Source: the human T2T-CHM13v2.0 reference genome, Homo sapiens. From it: a stretch of 64,000 nucleotides of DNA. The notes below the pieces were generated by a model, which saw only the letters and a list, made by a program, of their open reading frames with translations, did no database searches and was not told the DNA's origin. Shown piece after piece: positions 56,136 through 64,000 of this stretch; position 1 is the first letter of the stretch, and every line of letters starts with the position of its first letter. The stretch lies in assembly GCF_009914755.1 (NCBI RefSeq), contig NC_060946.1; one strand, written 5' to 3'. Both the position numbers and the translations under genes were made by a program.

Positions 56136-56250
56136 CAGTGGTATGTTGGTAAATGTTTAACAACGGGCTTTCTGGGGAGGAAAAAACCTCCTGGTTTGTA
56201 ACACTTGCTGATTTCCATGGCGTTAATACTCCCACCACGTTGGAGTTGAG
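56136..56250 (+). mobile_element. MER63-like hAT fragment
   Basis: CAGTGGTATGTTGGTAAATGTTTAACAAC...GATTTCCATGGCGTTAATACTCCCACCA. Confidence 0.6.
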
Positions 56251-56379
56251 CTGCCAGGGTGATGTCCTGAAGGTGGAAGAGGGAAGAGAGGTATGAGGGC
56301 TCAGGTTGGGCCACCGCGGCGCACGCCCTCTGTGGGCACAGTGACTTTATCTCTGTTTCCGTCTCTTTACGCTGAGGGT

Positions 56380-56545
56380 CTTTGAGAATGAAACGTGCTG
56401 GGAACTGTTCTAGAGCCTTTATGTGGAATAACTTAGTAATCCTCCCCACAGGGGATGTCGATGCTGCATTTTACGGGTGAGGAAATCAAGGCATGAGAGA
56501 TCATGTGAGTGGCCTCAGCTCACACCGCAGAGCTAGGACTTTGAT
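56380..56545 (-). mobile_element. MIR
   Basis: GCATTTTACGGGTGAGGAAATCAAGGCATGAGAGA MIR core in antisense. Confidence 0.55.
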
Positions 56546-56779
56546 CATAAATCTTTAAAAGAACAAAACAGTGGCTGGGCGCCAGTGGCTCATGCTGTAA
56601 TCCCAGTGCTCATGCTGTAATCCCAGCACCTTGGGAGGCTGAGGCAGGTGGCTCGCTTGAGCCCAGGTGTTCAAGACCAGCCTGGGCAACATGGCAAGAT
56701 GTGGTCTCTATAAAAAATTTTTTTAGGATTAAAAAAAAAAAACAGTCAGCTTGGGTAACATGGCAAAACCTTGTCTCTA

Positions 56780-56938
<159 letters not shown>

Positions 56939-58049
56939 CTATCTCAAAAAAAAAAAAAAATAAGCCTAAATCCTGGACAAGGTGGCTCATGTCTGTAATT
57001 TTAGCACTTTGGGAGGCTGATGTGGGAGGGTTGCTTAAGCCCAGGAGTTCAAGACTGCAGTGGCTGTGTTCAGGTCTCTGCACTCCAGTCTGGCTCACAG
57101 AGCAGGACCCTGTCTCAAAAATACACATAAATTTTTTAAAAAGGGCCAGGCACGGTGGCTCACGCCTATAATCCCAGCATTTTGGGAGGCCGAGGCGGGC
57201 AGATCACAAGGTCAGGAGTTCAAGACCAGCCTGGCCAATATGGTGAAACCCAGTCCTTAATAAAAATACAAAAGTTAGCTGGGTATGGTGGCAGGCACCT
57301 GTAGTCCCAGCTACTCAGGAGGCTGAGGCAGGAAAATGGCTTGAACCCAGGAGGCGGAAGTTGCGGTGACCTGAGATTGTGCCACTGCACTCCAGCGTGG
57401 GGACAGAGTGAGACTCCATCTCAAAAAAAAAAAAGAAAAGAAAAAAAAATGATTTGTGGCCAGACAGGTAATAGGGCATTTCAGATTCTAATTTTCTCTT
57501 AGCAACAGTCTCTATCACAGAATGTTGTTTTTTAAAGGGCGCTTTCATGGAACTATATGATCATATGGGCAACATTCTGTTGCAGTCTACCTTCTGTCTG
57601 ACGGATATGCCATCCTGAAAAAGGAAAGAAGCTGAACTTCAAGTTCCTTTCATTTAGCCTTGGGTAAGAATCTAGAAGATGTTGGTCATACTGTGCTTGA
57701 CATCCCAGATGGACCACTGAGGATGGGAGTCAGGATGTGAGAGGAGTCCTTAAGCTCTGTTGAGACTTCCGATGTAACCAGAAATTCCTTAAACCAACAA
57801 GCCAGGCCATGACCACTTGTTTGTTCTGAAGATGCTGCCAGTGCTGACCTTGAGGTCATGTAGGGAAGGAAATGGAAGGCCTTCCCTGTAGGTGAGGGCC
57901 AACCAGGAAGATGCTAGCATCTGTTTGGAGGATAGGGTGTAGTTGTGCAGATAGGAGAAAACTTGGAAAAAAGAAGTATGTAATATTATGTTAGTAAATG
58001 TTCTGGAGTCAGTTTATACCAGTTTCTTTGACAGTGAAATTAGCTGTAA

Positions 58050-58367
<318 letters not shown>

Positions 58368-59050
58368 TGACCTCAAGTGATCTGCCCGCCTTGGCCCCGC
58401 AAAATGCTGGGATTACAGGCATGAGCCACAGTGCCCAGCCTGATGTGATCATTTTTGAGTGTTTCTTAGAATGTGGGGAGAGCTGATAGAAACATAGAAA
58501 TGTTCTTGTTATGCGGAGATTTTTTTCTTTTTTCTTTTTCTTTTTTTTTCTTTTTTTTTTTGAGATGGAGTCTCTCACTGTCACCTAGGCCAGAGTGCAG
58601 TGGTGTGATATCGGCTTACTACAACCTCTGCTTCTCGGGTTCAGGCGATTCTCCTGCCTCAGCCTCCCAAGTAGCTGGGATTACAGGCACCCACCACCAC
58701 GCCCATCTGATTTTTGTGTTTTTATTAGAGATGGGGTTTCACCATGTTGGTCAGGCTGGTCTCAAACTCCTGACCTCAGGTGATCCACCCGCTTCATCCT
58801 CCCAAAGTGCTGAGATTACAGGCGGGAGCCACCGCGCCCAGCCCATATGCCGTTTTTCAAGAGAAACATTTTAAATATAAAGGCACAAGTAGATGAAAGT
58901 CAAAGGATGTTAAAGGACATACCAAACATGAATCACAAGAATGGTGAGATTGGTGTACTATGTTAATATCAGACAAAGCCGACTTCAAAACAAGGTATGT
59001 TGCCAGAGATCATGAAGGACATTTCAAAATGATCAAAGAATTAATCATCA

Positions 59051-59209
<159 letters not shown>

Positions 59210-59364
59210 TCAAAAAAAAGAGAAGACATAACAATCCTAAATATGTGTCAACATAATAAAAGAAATTCAGGGCCGGGCGCGGTCGTTCACACCTGTAATC
59301 CCAGCACTTTGGGAGGCCGAGGCGGACAGATCACGAGGTCAGGAGTTCAAGACCAGCCTGACTA

Positions 59365-59574
<210 letters not shown>

Positions 59575-59874
59575 TCAGGCCGGATGCAGTGGCTCACATC
59601 TGTAATCCCGACATTTTGGGAGGCCAAGGCGCTTGAGGCCTAGAGTTCAAGACCAGCCTGGGCAACATAGTGAGACCCCATCTCTATAAAAAATTTAAAC
59701 ATAGTCCAGGCGCGGTGGCTCACACCTGTAATCCCAGCACTGTGGGGGGCCTAGGTGGGCGGATCACGAGGTCAGGAGTTCGAGACCAGCCTGACCAGTA
59801 TGGTGAAACCCCATCTCTACTAAAAATACAAAAAATCAGCTGGGCATGGTGGTGCATGCCTGTAATCCCAACTA

Positions 59875-59982
<108 letters not shown>

Positions 59983-62312
59983 TCAAAAAAAAAAAAAAAA
60001 AAAAAAAATGTAAACATTAGCTGGTCATGGTATTTCTTGGTTGTATTCCTAGCTGCTTGGAAGGCTGAGATGGGAGGACTGCTTGAGCCTGCAGTGAGCT
60101 ATGATTGTGGCACTGCACTCCAGCCTGGACAACATGGCGAAACACCATCTTTAAAAATAAAATCCAGTCTGACAATGTTTGTCTTTAATTGAAATGACTA
60201 TTTGCATTTAATGCATTTATTGAAATGGTTGAATTTATGTCTGGTATCTTGCTGTTTTTTTTTTTTATTTTGTCTCCTCTGTTTTTGTTGCTTATCTCCT
60301 TGTATTTTTATTATTAGTTTTGGTCTTTTGGATTAATCCAGTTGTTTTAAATTATACTACTAGAAAAATTCTTCTAGCAGGATCCTATTTCGTCGATGGT
60401 CTTTTGTAATCCACCCAGGCTTCCACCTTCTCTGTGGCTAGAAACAGGACCGTCCAGAAGTCACCTGTAACTGCCCTATCTTGCAAGTTCTGATTTTGGC
60501 AAAAAAAAAAAAAAAAAGCCTTGACAAGGTTGGATTCACTTCTTTCCCTGGATTGTGTGTCATCCAAGTACGTGAGACATCTGGTAGTGCATTTCAGAGA
60601 GAGGAGTATCTGATATGTGTGTGGAGGCAGCCATCTTTTCCTGAAAGTCCTTTTAGGAATCATTATTTCTGGTCCTCTGAAGTTTGCCGCTACCACTCAT
60701 AAATATCTATCCACACCCCTTACAAGAAGAATAAGGAAGATCTTAAGACCTAGAAGGAAAACTGATTGCAGACCAGGCTTGGTGGCTCAGTGCCTGTAAT
60801 CCCAGCACTTTGGGAGGCCAAGGAGGGCAGATTGCTTGAGCTCAGCAGTTCGAGGCCAACCTGGGCAACATAGTGAATCCCTGTCTCTACAGAAAAAAAA
60901 AAAAAAAAAACCCACCCCAAAATCAAAACTGAAGGTAGTGTCAGTGTATATATGGAGTCCCTTGTGCTGAAAGTCAAAGCAGCTTCATTTTGGGGCCTCA
61001 AGAGCTCCAGCTCTGGGCTCTTCACCTCTAAGCCCATGGGCAGTGCCCGCCCAGTGGTGTGTATAGATCGGAGGCTGCAGGGCCTCACCCTTAGCTGCAG
61101 CTGTCGCGTGCTGGGGAGCCTGTGCAGGAGGGTACAAGTAGGAAAGTGCCATCTGCATGGGAAGAAAAATGCAGCATCCTTGTAGTGCGGATGGGGTCCA
61201 GGAGACCCAGGAGCTGCCCAGAGGACCTGGTGGCATGCTGTAGAAAGCAGCCAGGTAGGTATCTGGGGCCAGGAGAGGTTTTGGAGCTGAGATGAGATGT
61301 GTAGACATCAAGTGAGTTTGAATTAGCCAAAGCCAGAGGCTGTGGGAGTGTGGCTGGACGATGGAGGCTCCCGTGTCAGGGGTCCTAGGGCATCACCGGC
61401 TTTACAGTCAGACAAACCTGGGCATTTACATCTGTGGTCAGCCTTTTGTTTTTCTAAGTAAAAAATTAGATAAGATAAATTCCATCTACTATTACTATAA
61501 TTTTTAAAATGTTTCATGTAACATTGAAAAGATTTGTAATCTCACAGTAAAGTTTTAACTTTGTGAAAGATGTAGGCTTTATGTTTTCACTTTCTATCAG
61601 AATAGTGAAAACTTTGTTGCTAACCAGCCCTGGCCTGCAGAATGACATGTGAGACACTAGGAAGGACTGTCCAGACAAAGACAGCAAGAGCTGGGATGTT
61701 TGGGAAGCAGAGGAGGGGCTGGATCAGTGGTGATTCCTCAGGTGCCTATGGCAAGACCTAGTGCCCAGTTGGTGTATGTGTGAGGAGGTGCCTGCTTCAG
61801 AGAGAACCCTGGGTGTGATTCAGCAAGATGGGGACGATGAGTGGATGGGCCGGGTGGCTGGGGGAGGCAGAGGAGTGAGCGCAGGGTCAGGCAGCATCAG
61901 CTGTCTTGATTTTGACTTGCTGAGTTTGCTCACAAATGTGAGACTTTCAGAGGGGAGATGTCCAGTGTTCACTCAGGACAGAAGACATCCCTGACACATG
62001 GGAGAGACACCTGGGCGCATTCGCCTAACAGAACTACAGAGCAAGCAAGAGCATTGAGGGGCATGTCGAGCACGCTGGTGGGTGGGGGACAGTGTGGGGA
62101 AGGAGGGCAAAGGAGGGGGTTAGCCCAGAGGAGAACCTGGGGAGGCAGGTCCTGGAGCTGGGGGTGCAGCCTCAGAGCTGTTGAGCAGCTGGGAAGTCTG
62201 CTAACTTTGTGAGCCCAACCTGGAGAGGTCTGATGGGAATGGTTACTGGGGAGGGCCCCCACCATCCTGAGCTCTGGGAATCTTGTGTGTTCATGCTGCA
62301 GATGGACTTCCA

Positions 62313-62430
62313 GGACTTGGGTCTAGTGTTGCTGAGGGTGGATCTGCAGAGGTGAGAGAAATGACCCCTTTGGACTTGGGTCTAGTGTTGCTGAAGGTGG
62401 ATTTGCAAGGGTGAGAGACGTGACCCCTTT
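62313..62430. repeat. 59-bp tandem duplication immediately upstream of the exon 3 acceptor
   Basis: GGACTTGGGTCTAGTGTTGCTGA(G/A)GGTGGAT(C/T)TGCA...GTGAGAGA..TGACCCCTTT at 62313-62371 and 62372-62430. Confidence 0.93.
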
Positions 62431-62460
62431 GCCCTCGTTTGCAGCTCTGCGGCCGTCACG

Positions 62461-62687
62461 ATGTTCTGGAAGTTTGACTTGAACACCACGTCCCATGTTG
62501 ACAAGCTGCTGGACAAGGAGCATGTGACGCTGCAGGAGTTAATGGATGAAGATGACATCTTGCAGGAGTGTAAGGCTCAGAACCAGAAGCTGCTGGACTT
62601 CCTGTGCAGGCAGCAGTGCATGGAGGAGCTGGTGAGCCTCATCACACAGGATCCGCCCCTGGACATGGAGGAGAAGGTCCGCTTCAA
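62461..62687 (+). CDS. PPP6R2: First coding exon of serine/threonine-protein phosphatase 6 regulatory subunit 2 (codons 1-75 plus 2 nt of K76); exon 3 spans 62445-62687
   Basis: [76 protein letters not shown] is the SAPS/SIT4-associated protein N-terminus. Kozak has A at -3 (gtcACGATGt). Acceptor cctttgccctcgtttgcag|C at 62444/62445; donor TTCAA|gtatgt at 62687/62688. The ORF-track tail YVPKL is intron read-through. Confidence 0.96.
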
Positions 62688-62865
62688 GTATGTACCAAAG
62701 CTGTGACGGGCCAGTACGCCAGGCAGTGCTGCAGGCAGGCCGCAGGCAGTGTCTGAGGATGGCCATAGTTGGGGATTTCTGATGAAGAAGCGAGCCGTAA
62801 AAATCCACCCCATGTGAGAAGTGAGGAGGGCACTCCCATGGGGTCTGAGGTTGAAGAGTTTGGAG

Positions 62866-63515
<650 letters not shown>

Positions 63516-64000
63516 TCATTCTAAGTAAAGTTAATTTTAGGTTGGTACACGTCAGAGTGTTTTGAGTGGCAATATGTTGGGAAAAAAAGACTGATCCCAT
63601 GCTAGAGATGCAGGTGTTATTGCAGCATAAGGCTGTACTGTCAGCAGGGTTGGCTCCAGGCCACAAAATGGCTAGGCAGGAGAGATATGCAGTATCTGAC
63701 CTACAGTCCTGGGACATGCTTCATTTTAGGGTCTTCAGCTCGAAGGAAATAGATCATTGTCATTCGTGGTACCGTCCGTTCTCAGAGTTTTTCCTGAAAC
63801 GCCCATTCAGCCCTGGCCAGGATGCTAGGAGATGACACAGAGGGAGGGGGCAGTGTGGCGAGATGGCTGGAGCCTCAGGGCCTTGAGTCAGGACAGAAGG
63901 GTGAGCAAGGATGGGGCTGGGGCGAGAGGGAGAACAGGGCGGAGCTGGCCTCCAGCTCCTCATGGTGCAGATCTGCGAGGCACACATGACCCGCAGTGTC

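Noticed and set aside
62688-62706. 81-aa single-exon protein ending YVPKL
   Set aside because: A canonical GT donor at 62688 indicates these residues are intron read-through.

Overview
Human (or very closely related primate) genomic DNA: the 5' half of PPP6R2 (SAPS2, protein phosphatase 6 regulatory subunit 2) on the + strand. Inferred gene structure: CpG-island promoter (~10.6-11.45 kb), non-coding exon 1 (donor after 11414), 131-nt non-coding exon 2 (40572-40702), and first coding exon 3 (62445-62687; ATG at 62461, [17 protein letters not shown]...). The rest is very Alu-dense, with two LTR13-type solo LTRs, several MaLR LTRs, Tigger1 and Tigger4b/MER63 DNA-transposon relics, old L1/L2/MIR fragments, a 7SL retrocopy and an Alu-split Y3 RNA retrocopy. 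There are three tandem arrays: a 3.5-kb GT-rich array upstream of the promoter, a ~3-kb C-rich minisatellite just after exon 1, and a 22-bp VNTR inside an LTR. Nearly all ORF-track entries are Alu or repeat artefacts. The most interesting structure is the 5' leader. Exon 2 starts with GTAAAG, so splicing recreates a donor (recursive-splice type). Exon 2 also terminates a 71-aa spliced uORF and holds a second uORF that is in frame with the CDS and one TAA away from it. Skipping exon 2 turns uORF1 into an ORF overlapping the main ATG, and back-splicing exons 2-3 would give a 374-nt circle encoding a 76-aa N-terminal fragment. These are sequence-based predictions, not demonstrated functions. Repeat subfamily names are from recalled consensus similarity and should be confirmed with RepeatMasker/Dfam.
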